From Stramenopiles sp. TOSAG23-2 (Eukaryota), in the NCBI GenBank assembly GCA_900128395.1, contig LT649358.1, positions 1 to 33,368 of the forward strand: 33,368 bases of DNA. The letters are read 5' to 3'. Shown piece by piece: positions 1 through 11,300 of the stretch. Made by a program: the position numbers and the translations under genes. Positions within the stretch are counted from its first letter, which is position 1; every line of letters starts with the position of its first letter. A model generated the notes under the pieces. That model worked only from the letters and a program-made list of their open reading frames with translations. It was not told where the DNA came from and did no database searches.

Positions 1-435
1 TTTAATTCAAGTATTGTAAATATGGATATTTATTATTTTCTTTGAAAAGTCTAGGACCTAGATTAGATATTTATTATAATTTTAATATTATTGAAGACAT
101 TATTATTGACCACAAAAGTGGTCGTATGTTAGTGCTTTTAGAAATTTTACTATAATAGTTGGCTACAGAGTGGTCAATATAAATATCCAGGGGTTTTCAA
201 GCTTTTACTTTAAGGAAGAAAAGTGGTCAAAAATGTCGAAGAATTTATTATGTTTGGCTATATGCATATATGAGAAGTGTGCAAGTATAATACGAGATTC
301 GTATGATAATATATTAGAGAATTTTCGTAAAATTAATAAAAGATCACAAAATTAGCCTCTCCCAGCCCAGCCAGCTCTCTCTCCCCTCTAATTTTTTTAT
401 ATGTACTGCGCTACTGGTATATTTTCAATTCTTTC

Positions 436-3400
436 TTACTCAAATGCTATTAAAATATTTTCCGTAACAATGCTTGGATCGATGGTGAAATTATAATATT
501 CCCAATTTTCACCACGTATACATTGCCCTAAATCACATGAACGTCTTGCCAATGCAATTTCATCAACAGCCGTTGCATCGCGACTCATTTCGCCTCGTAA
601 ACCGTCAACATCTGATGCATCCGATGGTTCAATGGACATGTAATTTAATTTTAATATGGATGCCATGGATTGAAAAAATATACGTAAGCGTTGGCAGCGA
701 TATGGTAAAAGTTCAATAATTGTACTGCCTTTGTTCATAAATATCATATTTGCCATGTTTGCACCATGTGGTGATATCCATACTTTCGAATGGTACAATT
801 TCCTTGCAGCTTTGATCAATGGATATGATTCAAAATATAAAATATCTTTATCTACAATAACAATGTCAGACAATTCAGTTATTGCATAGTTTACAATTTC
901 ATTCATATTTAATATTCGGCGTTTACCTTTACGATTAGAAAATACAACTTCATGATATACAAAATCATTCATAAATGGGTCTCTTATATTTTTTGTGATT
1001 AGGTTGGATACAAACATTCGATAAATCAAAGCGATTGCATATGGACTTCTACCATTTGCAGATGGATTAGGCATGTATCTAGCTGCTGCCCAATTATATG
1101 CTGCGTTCATGTGGACACTCCATAATTGCCACCAACGTTCCCATCCACCAGAGTCAATATGGTATACATTGTTAGAGCAAATATTATTAACATTTACGTG
1201 CATTGGTCTTGATGGGTTACCATTATGCCCCACCTTTAATATTTTTCTTATAGCATCACAATTAAAACTTGCGCTTGCCAAAAATTGTAGGTTATCTGAA
1301 ACACCAATACAATTTAATAAAATTTGATGATCCTGCGAGAAATCGTTAGAATTCTTCTCAGGAGCTAGGAAAATTACTTGATTTTTCCTCTCATATTTAG
1401 TATTCTTGCTATCACGACCTGCCATTAACATTTTTAGTGCATATAATGGAATCAAATGGTCATTGATGGCATGAGCAAAATTACCAGGATTTATACCACC
1501 TGAACTTAATGGGTTATTTTCAAAGGTTATTACAGTATGAATATTTTTCAGATTAGAGGGGTTGTTTTTACATGTTCGAAAGTTTTTCTCGATAGATGGC
1601 TTGACAATTGGTGAATATAACTTTAACAAATTTGAATGTTGTATATTTGGATTCGCATTAGTATTAATTGATAGCGATATTGGCATAGTTGATGAGAAAA
1701 AAAGAAATTTTTTCCAATGAAGTCCAATTCCGCCAGCCTTTTTCAAGTTATTATGCTCCACGAAATATTTTGACGTATCAATCATTTGGTCTTTAATTGA
1801 AAATGGGCGTTTGTTATGATCATATGTGTCTTCTCTGGATTGAGTTTCTTTTAATAATGATTTTTTGAATATATAATTCTCGTTTAAAGCTAAAAATAGA
1901 TTCGCCTTTTTGATATACAAGTTGGACGTTAAATCCATGGCATAATTAGAAAAATTATTATATGTATGAAGTTCATATGCCAAAACAATTGTATTATCAA
2001 CAATAATGCCATGCTTAATTATGCCTTCTGTATGAATCAATTTTACATCAGTTCTTCTTGCAACGGTGCCATAGAATACATCGAATCCATGGATTGCTGC
2101 AGCCGATGTTTTTTCCATATCTTTCCATTCCGCGGCATGTCGTATGAAATCTTGAGAAAATTTCTTAAATGCTAAATGTGAAAATACCATCAAAGTAGTT
2201 GCCGCTCCATTAGGTATGTGTGCGTCAAATAAGTGTGTTAATAAAATTGCTTTATCATTTTGTTCTTTGTATTTTGCTAATCGAAATGCTAATCCTGCTA
2301 AATTTATCGTCGTATCATCATCTACATGGATGAACCATTTCATTCGATTCAAAACGTCATAATTGTTACTGATTAGTCTCTTATAAAGAATTGAAAATCC
2401 ATGCATTGGTTTTAACTGAGCTCCATGTAGGTTATTCTGAATGGTTTTTGCAATTAATATTTCTACTTGTTGAAACCCATGCTTATCCAATTGCGATCGA
2501 ATAAATTGTATATCATCACTCTCGGCTGCAATCGTAAAGATTTGATTATGTTGTAATATACCTTCCATATTTTGTCTTTCGCCTTGAAAATTAAGATTGG
2601 TAAGCGTAACTGCTATGTGTTTCAACCAGGAGATTAAACGCTGGATATATCGTGCACAGGATGGAACGAAGAAAATTGTATTTCTTATCACATTGGTAAT
2701 GTCCTTCAGACATTCAATATCATTGCAAGGAGCTTCGTAACACGATGGATCTGTGGCTTTGAAAGAAGATCGAATTGTGATGGGATATTGCTTTATCTCT
2801 TCACTTTCTGTTGGTTCTCTGCTATGAATCTCATTGCATGCTACAGGTGCTCGGAGTAAGACTTGTTTACTTGGAAATGGAGTAAGACGTATATCATGTC
2901 TCCATTTCAGACATTGAGCGAGCCTCTTAAGGCTATCTAAACCATGTGAAAAACATGGAAACAAACCATATTTTTGATGTTTCAACCGTTGAATCATATG
3001 TTGGGTAGCATCTTTCAATTTAATTTCAGAAATTATTAGGTTCACAGCTCGACTATTTAATAAGATACCAGAATCCCAATTTGCGAATGGCAATAAAAAC
3101 TCTGCCTTCAATTTATTATCGTTATTGTAGCTTTCACTTTGCCTATTTAAATTTTCAGTACAATTTATTTCATATGATATATCCTCTTCTCTTAAATTTG
3201 TATTAATATTGTGTTTGTTATTGTTATCATCGTAGTTTCTAGTATTTTTCAAAAATGACAAGGAGGATTGTCCAGCATATAACGGATGTTGCATAACATT
3301 TGTCCCTCTATCTTGTATCCAAAATCGCAACGACGTTGTATTGACGTATGCATCATTTTTGACAAAGAAAAATATAGAAGCACATGGACTAAACAATGGG

Positions 3401-4050
3401 CTTTTATGGTCCAGTAAGTCACTAAGTAACGGGAAAAATCTTTGTGCATAATTTTCATCGTGAATAAATAGGATATTTTCAAATTTTCCCCAACCATTTC
3501 TAATTTCAAATTCTCTCTGTTTGCTATAGGTTGTTGAATCACCTAATACGACAAAAGTAATCGGTACTATATTTTGTAATAATTGTTTATCTAGGAGAAG
3601 AAGAGGCGACAAAAATGCTTGCTGTGATGACTTCTTTTCTTCCACGTTTTGTATATTATTTATTTTATCATTATTTCTATTATTATTATTATTATTATTA
3701 TTATCAATATCACCTTTATTATTACATCCATTTGGTTCTATACGTTTAATGATTTGTGAGCTTATTGTAGCACAGTTTATTTTCCCAACAAAATTTTTTA
3801 GACAATATTCATAGATTTTAGCACAATTATATTGTCGTTCTGTCTTTGAACCGCCAATAAACTCTACATTTTGTGGTTCATTGTTACTATCCAATAACTT
3901 AACATTACAAAACTCTGTATTGTCATGGTAATCTTTCCAATGTATATCATAGTTCAAAGGATCCCAAAAACGATTGCTTATTTGCGACTCAGCATTACTA
4001 CAATAAACTATGCATAGTAGAACAAAATAACTGGGTATGAGACACATCAT
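436..4050 (-). CDS. Secreted/Golgi multi-domain glycosyltransferase (two GT31/Fringe-like domains plus C-terminal GT61/DUF563-like domain)
   Basis: 1204-aa ORF with an N-terminal hydrophobic signal. Fringe/GT31-type motifs FFFVKNDAYVN (~3340-3375) and KWFIHVDDDTTINL (~2300-2340). GT61-type motifs GNFAHAIND, NRKGKRRILN and ISPHGANMANMIFMNKGSTIIEL (~710-780). Confidence 0.75.
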   Translation of the reverse strand: MMCLIPSYFVLLCIVYCSNAESQISNRFWDPLNYDIHWKDYHDNTEFCNVKLLDSNNEPQNVEFIGGSKTERQYNCAKIYEYCLKNFVGKINCATISSQIIKRIEPNGCNNKGDIDNNNNNNNNRNNDKINNIQNVEEKKSSQQAFLSPLLLLDKQLLQNIVPITFVVLGDSTTYSKQREFEIRNGWGKFENILFIHDENYAQRFFPLLSDLLDHKSPLFSPCASIFFFVKNDAYVNTTSLRFWIQDRGTNVMQHPLYAGQSSLSFLKNTRNYDDNNNKHNINTNLREEDISYEINCTENLNRQSESYNNDNKLKAEFLLPFANWDSGILLNSRAVNLIISEIKLKDATQHMIQRLKHQKYGLFPCFSHGLDSLKRLAQCLKWRHDIRLTPFPSKQVLLRAPVACNEIHSREPTESEEIKQYPITIRSSFKATDPSCYEAPCNDIECLKDITNVIRNTIFFVPSCARYIQRLISWLKHIAVTLTNLNFQGERQNMEGILQHNQIFTIAAESDDIQFIRSQLDKHGFQQVEILIAKTIQNNLHGAQLKPMHGFSILYKRLISNNYDVLNRMKWFIHVDDDTTINLAGLAFRLAKYKEQNDKAILLTHLFDAHIPNGAATTLMVFSHLAFKKFSQDFIRHAAEWKDMEKTSAAAIHGFDVFYGTVARRTDVKLIHTEGIIKHGIIVDNTIVLAYELHTYNNFSNYAMDLTSNLYIKKANLFLALNENYIFKKSLLKETQSREDTYDHNKRPFSIKDQMIDTSKYFVEHNNLKKAGGIGLHWKKFLFFSSTMPISLSINTNANPNIQHSNLLKLYSPIVKPSIEKNFRTCKNNPSNLKNIHTVITFENNPLSSGGINPGNFAHAINDHLIPLYALKMLMAGRDSKNTKYERKNQVIFLAPEKNSNDFSQDHQILLNCIGVSDNLQFLASASFNCDAIRKILKVGHNGNPSRPMHVNVNNICSNNVYHIDSGGWERWWQLWSVHMNAAYNWAAARYMPNPSANGRSPYAIALIYRMFVSNLITKNIRDPFMNDFVYHEVVFSNRKGKRRILNMNEIVNYAITELSDIVIVDKDILYFESYPLIKAARKLYHSKVWISPHGANMANMIFMNKGSTIIELLPYRCQRLRIFFQSMASILKLNYMSIEPSDASDVDGLRGEMSRDATAVDEIALARRSCDLGQCIRGENWEYYNFTIDPSIVTENILIAFE

Positions 4051-4501
4051 CTTTGTACATTATATCTGTATTATTTCATATCCATTTTTCTTTCTTGCCT
4101 GATATTTTGAACAGGACGTGTTCGTCTATACAATAATAATTGTTACTGCATACAGTGTTTAATACTACTTTTCTTTCTTCCTGATGGTGGCTTTCCAGCT
4201 TCTTTCCAGCAGCTTTCTGGCTTTCCAGCTTTTTTTGTTGACGAGAAGAACTTAAACGCACAGCGAGGACGACGGATAGTATTCTAATAAGTATAAATTA
4301 GTGTTTTTAAAAGACGAGAGCAGTGTTTGAAGGTTTAGTTTATTTTTGTAAAGTATACCACAGCTATATATTAGCATACTACTAGCATACCAGCATACCA
4401 CAGCATACACCAGTTTAAGTTACACATTGTTCATTGTTTTTGCACTACATGTTGTATTATATGTTGTATGTACATTACTGTACCTGTAATATAATACTGC
4501 T

Positions 4502-4540
4502 GCACTCCAGCACTCCAGCACTCTGGCACTCCAGCACTCA
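4502..4540. repeat. GCACTCCA 8-mer tandem repeat (~5 units)
   Basis: gcactcca gcactcca gcactctg gcactcca gcactca. Confidence 0.9.
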
Positions 4541-4742
4541 CTATATGGTAGTAGTTAATGTATAAAAAAGTTCTTCATAATAAATAATAATAATATAATT
4601 ATTATATAATAATTATTATTAAAATATAAATACACATCATACAAGTACAGACTAAAAACAAACAGCAATATTAACTAAATTAGAAATAAAAAGTGTTATT
4701 AATCCTTCGGCAAAGTGTTCCACATATTCAACAAATCGACAA

Positions 4743-6714
4743 ATGAATTTTTTGAAAAGGAGTAAGGCTTCTGATAAAGCAGAAGATGTTGCGGTTGCGG
4801 CATCTGTACAGCTTATACTTGATGAAATTAACGATATGTATCCAGGATTTAAAAGATTAAATAAGCTTGAAGTGGAATATTTAAAGAGTGATTTTGAATC
4901 ATTAGTTAGTCATCGTGCGACGAAAGTGTTAGAGTTGAAACGTTTAGTATTACGCATATTGGCTGCACGATCTGAAATAGCTCATATGAACAATGAATCT
5001 TCCCAAGCAGAAGCTGGTGTTAAAGTAAAAGCAAAGGATGCGAAGGAAGAAGCTGAAAAATTAAAGGCTGAGGTAGAAAGGGCAAAAAAGAAACTTGGTA
5101 GGTTAGAAAAAGATAATAACGTAGCGAAAAAATTAGAACGAGAACTTATGGGAAAAATTTTTGAAATGGTGAAAAAAAATAAAGTGTTGAAATCAACTGT
5201 AGCTGAAATAGCTGGTGAGCAAGTAGAAAAGTTAGTTGAACGGTCTGCTGATGAGATTGAAGCGTTTAATATACATATGCAAGATTATGTCAATAGTACA
5301 CAGGAAATGGTGGAAAGAATGAAAACAGAACAAAGTAAAATGGACCAAAAATCAAAAGAATTAACTGAAAATATTGATAAGTTAGAACGTGAAAAGAAAA
5401 TGAAACAAGACAATGCAGCAACGGGGGATTATATATCGAAAATGGTCGAACGTAATAAAGCACAATTGGAGAAAAAAAGGCAAGAATTAAATGAATTGAT
5501 GATCCGTGCAAAAAGGAGAGAAACTAGATATTTAAGAAAAGAAAAAGAGAAACAAGATGAATATGAATTAAATAAGAAAAAGCAAGCAGATGAATATGAA
5601 TTAAACAAGAAAAAGCAAGCAGATGAATATGAATTAAATAAGAAAAAGCAAGCTATGGAAGAACGTGAACGTCAAGAACAAATGCGTTTAAAAAGTGAAA
5701 AACTAAAGGCTATAAGTGCAGCTAAAGCAAGGGCCCGTGTAGAAGCAGATCGAAAAGAAAAGATGGAAAGAAGATTAAAGGAAGATCAAGAAAAAAAAGA
5801 AAAATTAAAGTCATTAAAATTGAAAAAAAAAATGGAATTAGATAAGAAACGGCAAGCATTGGCAGACAAAAGAAAAGAAGAAGATGAACGTTTAGCAAAA
5901 CATCGCGAGATGAAACGTATTAAAGAAGAAGAAAAGAAAGCAGCAGAAATGGCTCAAGAAATACAAGACAAATTTGCGAAATATAAAAGAGAAAAAGAGG
6001 AAGAAAAAAGAAGACAACAAGAATTTGAAGATGAAAAACTTGTGCAAGCAGAACGAAAAAAACATGAGGAAGAAGTGAAAGCAGAAAAAAAAAGACAAGC
6101 GGAACAGGAAGCAAAAGAGAGACAAGCAAAATTAAAAGAAGCAAGATTGGCATTGCAACAGAAGAAAATAGCGCTGGAGAAAGAGAAGGCAGCTATGGAA
6201 AAAAAAAAGAGAATCTGATAGAAAAAAGAAAGTTGCTGCAGATAAAAAAGCTGAAATGGAAGAAAGCAAACGCTTGCTACGATGTGAAAAGTTAAAGAAA
6301 AGGCTTGATCCATGTATTCAAGAATGCGAAAAAATAGTATTAGAGGAACACGAGCCATCGTTAGCCCAAATTGATAAATGCATACAAAATTTAAGTGATG
6401 TAATGCGTGATTGTGAAATAAATAAATTTGAAAATACACAAGTATTGATGGCAAAAAAATATTTGGATAGAAAGACAGATCCTCTTGGTTTGTATATATT
6501 AAGGGAAAAGAGAATGAAAATGGATGATACAATAGAAAAATTAGTAAATAAAAAGTTATTAGACGATGCAAAAAATGAGGAGATTAGTGCGATTGAAGCT
6601 GAACATGAATCACCATGGAATTTAAAATCCATAGTTGGATTTTTCGGTAGTGCATTTAGTGAACCCACATCTCATTTAGGAAATAATCAAACGAGTAGAA
6701 AAAAATATGGTTAA
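4743..6714 (+). CDS. Long charged coiled-coil protein of unknown function, split by a +1 frameshift in an A10 run (6199-6208)
   Basis: ORFs 4743-6218 and 6256-6714 join into one 656-aa frame if one A is removed, reading MEKKRESDRKKKVAADKKAEMEES. The K/E/R-rich composition is continuous across the join. Confidence 0.7.
5554..5653 (+). repeat. Three ~33-bp tandem coding repeats (ADEYELNKKKQ)
   Basis: Direct repeats are visible in both DNA and protein, with a synonymous AAT/AAC difference between units. Confidence 0.9.
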
Positions 6715-6841
6715 GAGAATCCTGTCCGTGCGTGTGTGTGTATAGAGTGTAATTTTTATTTTTCTATAATATATAAAAATAAATATTAATCATTTTTAAT
6801 ATAAGAGAATTTTTTATATATTTATAATAACCAAGTCGTAA

Positions 6842-7313
6842 TAAATATTATATTTTACGTCATACATTTTTACCAAATTCCTTCACATTTATCTCTCTGC
6901 CTCTTTCAAATTTATATCATCATTTGTTGTCTTCGAAATGCTACTGTTTGGCTATTATTATTAAAATGTTTACTATCATATCGTTGCAATTGTAAATTGG
7001 ATAATTGATGTAAATATAATTTTAAAAATCCATCCCTTTCATATAATGGCATGTTTGATCTTTTTTTATTTTTTTTCTAAATATTATATTTTACGTCATA
7101 CATTTTTACCAAATTCCTTCACATTTATCTCTCTGCCTCTTTCAAATTTATATCATCATTTGTTGTCTTCGAAATGCTACTGTTTGGCTATTATTATTAA
7201 AATGTTTACTATCATATCGTTGCAATTGTAAATTGGATAATTGATGTAAATATAATTTTAAAAATCCATCCCTTTCATATAATGGCATGTTTGATCTTTT
7301 TTTATTTTTTTTC
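6842..7313. repeat. Perfect 236-bp tandem duplication (6842-7077 / 7078-7313)
   Basis: The two copies match base for base. The unit covers the last ~55 codons, stop codon and 3' flank of the minus-strand gene 7148-8341. Confidence 0.95.
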
Positions 7314-8341
7314 GAATAATTATCATCTTCACGCACACCCCATGTTTTCCATGCGTCTCCACAACAACCACCATCAGCCTCGCCTATTAATAAATATTCT
7401 TCCACACTATTGCATCTACGCATAACATTTGTCCAATCTTCCCCTAATGGCATCCATGATGTTAATATCATATTTGGTTGAAAAGCTTTGATGGCATCTT
7501 GGTATGAATATGGTTCAACACGAAAATGTTTCGTTAATTGCCATGATCCAGGATCCGTTGCAATTATGAAGATGTTTTTATCATGTTTTAATTTTTCTTT
7601 TAGATAATATGACATTCTACCAGAACCAGCGCCAACTTCAAGGACTGTATAATGATTGCCTTTTCCTTTTCTTTTTTGCATTGATTTCTTACTTCCCCCC
7701 CTTGATGATAATGATTCATGGGAACGTTCTTTAATATAATTTACAAGTTCATCTAAATATGTACTAGTTAAAAATTCATAAAATTCAAATTCTTCACAAA
7801 ATTGATTAAATTCATTACGACCATATACACAACAACCAGCAGCTTCTAATATACTTTCCAAATCCCAGTTAGCAACAGCAGGATCGTGTTCATCTTTCAA
7901 ACTTGTAATTAACTTATTTTTTATGAGATCTTCGCCATTATTTTTTATACTATTTCTCGTCCAGTCATGCATATCGAAATGATTTAATACTTCATCTCTT
8001 GTTGGGAAAAAAAGAGGATCCTTGAAGCCTTTTTCTACTGCGTTATTAAATACATCTGTTGAGCCATATCTATGTTCCAAATACATCCGCCTTAAAAGTG
8101 ATTGTGCTCTTACATTGCCACTCCACCTAAATATGTCTTTAAATGTACCAGTTGGTGTTAAAATATCTTTCCATGCTTTTTCAAATTGTTGTTTATTTCC
8201 AAATTTTGTTAAACTATTTTTACTACATTGTCTTATTAAATGAAATGGGATTGATGTAAAATCTAATATATTTGATCGTGGTACATCCCATGTGTTGCTA
8301 TATTTAATAAGTTGTTTTAATATGAATTTATTGATTGACAT
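7148..8341 (-). CDS. Class I SAM-dependent methyltransferase-like protein
   Basis: 397-aa ORF with motif I VLEVGAGSGR, an acidic residue after strand 2 (IIATD), and LTSWMP / YLLIGE motifs. Confidence 0.7.
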   Translation of the reverse strand: MSINKFILKQLIKYSNTWDVPRSNILDFTSIPFHLIRQCSKNSLTKFGNKQQFEKAWKDILTPTGTFKDIFRWSGNVRAQSLLRRMYLEHRYGSTDVFNNAVEKGFKDPLFFPTRDEVLNHFDMHDWTRNSIKNNGEDLIKNKLITSLKDEHDPAVANWDLESILEAAGCCVYGRNEFNQFCEEFEFYEFLTSTYLDELVNYIKERSHESLSSRGGSKKSMQKRKGKGNHYTVLEVGAGSGRMSYYLKEKLKHDKNIFIIATDPGSWQLTKHFRVEPYSYQDAIKAFQPNMILTSWMPLGEDWTNVMRRCNSVEEYLLIGEADGGCCGDAWKTWGVREDDNYSKKNKKRSNMPLYERDGFLKLYLHQLSNLQLQRYDSKHFNNNSQTVAFRRQQMMI

Positions 8342-9024
8342 TTGTATGCTGCGATGGTTTTAGGTAAAGAAAAAAACAATTCTTCTGTATTATTAGTCGA
8401 GATCCTCGCCTCTTCGCTTATACCACATCTGTACTGCGTATTATAATTCTATCTATAATAATTAATATTCGACGGCTGGTTGGGTGCGTTGGTTTTCTAT
8501 TTCATTATCATCATGTGTAAAAATGTGAGGGAAAAGCCAAATGCACCTATGATGACTGTTTTTTCCAATGTTTATCCTTAAAATAGAAATAACCGAGAGT
8601 AATTATGTAATAATCCTTGCGTAAAAGTCATAGATATTATAGTACTTACTATTAATAGTCGTCATAATAAACAACTTCTACCACCGTGGTATACGATACG
8701 GAATCCAAATACTGAAAAAATCATCATCTAGAAATCCATTTTATATATCCGATTTTATCCATCATCCATATCAATAGACCTCGAAGAATATTAAAACGGA
8801 GGAGGTAGTTTTATAAACTTTAACTTTTATTAAAACTACACACTATAGAAAAAATGAAAAGTATTATTTTTTATATATATGTATAATAGAAAAACATTAC
8901 AGATAGAAGAAACAAAAAGAAACAGAAGAAAACAAAACAAAAAGACAAACAAAAGACAATCAAAAGATACATTTCATTTCGAAACATTAAATAAAATAAA
9001 AACAACAATAAAAAAATAATAATA

Positions 9025-10893
9025 ATGGCCGCGCTAGTTGAATCCGGGCCGTTCATACCAATTGAGATTAATTGTGAAGGATTAAAAGCAAAGTGTGAAA
9101 TGCCTTTTACTAAGAACTTGCAAAACAAGGATGTTGAACTGTTTGTAAAAAACAAATATAACTTAAACAACCATCAGATTAACGTATGCAGAGATGACTA
9201 TTACAATTTATGGGATGTTATCAAATGCAATCTTGATTTATTAAAACGTGGATCTGTGTGTAATAATGATGGAATTATTGATAAAAGTCATTTCAAAGGC
9301 AATAAAAAAACTTCCAAGCTTCCAAATGCTCTCTTAAAACACCTTTTAGGGGGAAGAATATTTGTGAAAGACAACGCTGCTTTTATATCAAATGCACGTG
9401 CAAATGATTATATATTAAATGAGTCACTAGGTAATATCCCTAAACCAAGTAAGGCATTTGACAATGAAAACAAAGATATTGAAATATTTGAAAAAATCAG
9501 AATCAATGCACTGCCATACATTCCAATTGTATGTGTATTTGCAAATGCAAAAGATATTCTTGAGATACCAGTGGTAGAATCACACATGTATTTCTCAAAT
9601 AAAGATTTAATTCGAGAGGCCTTTGAAAGAAATAATATTTGCAAAAAGGATGAAGAATTTATCTTAATTGAATCATCCAAAGGGTTAAAGGTAACGTCAT
9701 ATGAAAAATTGAAACGTGGCAACAAATATCTTGTTACGTTCAAAAAGAAAGTAAAAATTCAAGTTGCTTTTAAATATGGCGATAAGGATGGTACATTGGA
9801 TGTCAATGTTGTTAACACAGCATCATACATCGATAATCATAGGATAATATGTCAAAAATTAGAGGCAGAAATTTTGGATGATCATGAAGGTGTTGATAGT
9901 ATGAAAACGTTGAAAAATACTTCTGGTGAATTGATGACTTTCAACGGGCAGTTTTTCAAAGAGAATGAAATCTATACAACTAATTTTACTGTAAAATTCA
10001 AAGCATGGCGTGGTGAGATGTTTGTAAACTTACAAGTTCATCAGCCTGAATCCACTGAAACCATTATGCATAAAACTTTACAATTGAAGAATATTAGTAG
10101 TAGTAACACTGTTGGATATATCAAATATCTAGTAGAAAACACAGAAGGCATCCCAAGAGAAGAACAACAATTGGTATTTGCTGGTAAGCAATTGAAAGAC
10201 AATCAAATATTAAAAACGTTAAAAATTAAATGTGGTGAAACTCTTAATATGTTGACGTCGTATATGTTGACGTCGTTTACAAAAAAACAGACTGCGGTTT
10301 CAAAAAAGTCTGAGATGACGATATTTGTAAAAACCTTGACTGGTAAAACCATCACTCTTTTTGTTCCTTCAACAGATACAATTGAAAATACAAAATTAAA
10401 AATACAAGATAAAGAAGGTATTCCACCAGATCAACAACGTTTGATATTTGCAGGTAAGCAACTAGAAGATGGTCGTACATTATCCGATTATAATATACAA
10501 GAGGAAGCCGTATTGCATTTAGTATTACGTTTGCGTGGAGGCATGTACCATTGGTCGTCTGGGCGTTTTGATGATTTAAAAACTGGCGAAAATTTTGTTC
10601 AAGAAATCCGATTGTGTCATGATGATAACAGATCAGAAAAGAAAGATATCGAAATCAATGTTAACAAAGAATTGTCATACAATGAATTGTTTGCATTATT
10701 TAATGGTGGCACCGCTGTTTCAGAAGATGAGGAAGACTCAACCAGAAAAAGAAAAAGAACTGACGTAAACAACAATGAATACGATGTTATTGATTTGGTT
10801 AGCGATAGTGATGATGATGATGACAATAAAGACGGAGATGTTTTTGTTGCTATTGCAGCCAAAAAACAAAAAGTTTCATCACTTTCACTTTAA
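9025..10893 (+). CDS. Multi-ubiquitin-like domain fusion protein (divergent Ubl, near-canonical ubiquitin, C-terminal extension)
   Basis: 10315-10542 encodes 76 aa [15 protein letters not shown]...[10 protein letters not shown]. An upstream Ubl contains [19 protein letters not shown]. The tail begins MYHWSSGR. Confidence 0.9.
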   Translation: MAALVESGPFIPIEINCEGLKAKCEMPFTKNLQNKDVELFVKNKYNLNNHQINVCRDDYYNLWDVIKCNLDLLKRGSVCNNDGIIDKSHFKGNKKTSKLPNALLKHLLGGRIFVKDNAAFISNARANDYILNESLGNIPKPSKAFDNENKDIEIFEKIRINALPYIPIVCVFANAKDILEIPVVESHMYFSNKDLIREAFERNNICKKDEEFILIESSKGLKVTSYEKLKRGNKYLVTFKKKVKIQVAFKYGDKDGTLDVNVVNTASYIDNHRIICQKLEAEILDDHEGVDSMKTLKNTSGELMTFNGQFFKENEIYTTNFTVKFKAWRGEMFVNLQVHQPESTETIMHKTLQLKNISSSNTVGYIKYLVENTEGIPREEQQLVFAGKQLKDNQILKTLKIKCGETLNMLTSYMLTSFTKKQTAVSKKSEMTIFVKTLTGKTITLFVPSTDTIENTKLKIQDKEGIPPDQQRLIFAGKQLEDGRTLSDYNIQEEAVLHLVLRLRGGMYHWSSGRFDDLKTGENFVQEIRLCHDDNRSEKKDIEINVNKELSYNELFALFNGGTAVSEDEEDSTRKRKRTDVNNNEYDVIDLVSDSDDDDDNKDGDVFVAIAAKKQKVSSLSL

Positions 10894-11300
10894 ATTCTTG
10901 TTCATAATATTATTATCCCAATAATTCATTTTTTTAAAATCAATTTTATTATCTTTTGGTAAAATACGATTTTGAAAAAAAATTGCACGTAGTACATCAG
11001 CATCAATTTAATATTATATAGTACTTGTAAATGATAAAGTATATTTTATAATATTTTTTATCATACGGAAATTTACAATATTATTTAATAATACTTTTCC
11101 GGTTTTGCTTTCACAACACATCATTCATCTTCTTTCTTCAACATTTCTTCTTCTTCCTATTTTTTCCTATTTTTAATTTGAATTAACAAAAAATATTTAT
11201 ATTTACATATTCTAGTAGATAGAAACAAGAAAGAAGAAGAACAAAATATTTCATAAGCTCTGTTTATTATTATTATTATAATTAATAAAGACATATAAAT

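Noticed and set aside
170..355. 61-aa ORF
   Set aside because: GTG start, short, and no recognisable features in a eukaryotic context.
4191..4540. Short repeat arrays as CRISPR or telomere
   Set aside because: Units are 7-10 bp with no unique spacers, no cas genes are present, and they are not TTAGGG-like.
5290..6668. Phe/Leu/Ser-rich minus-strand ORFs
   Set aside because: Antisense reflections of the K/E-rich coiled-coil gene.
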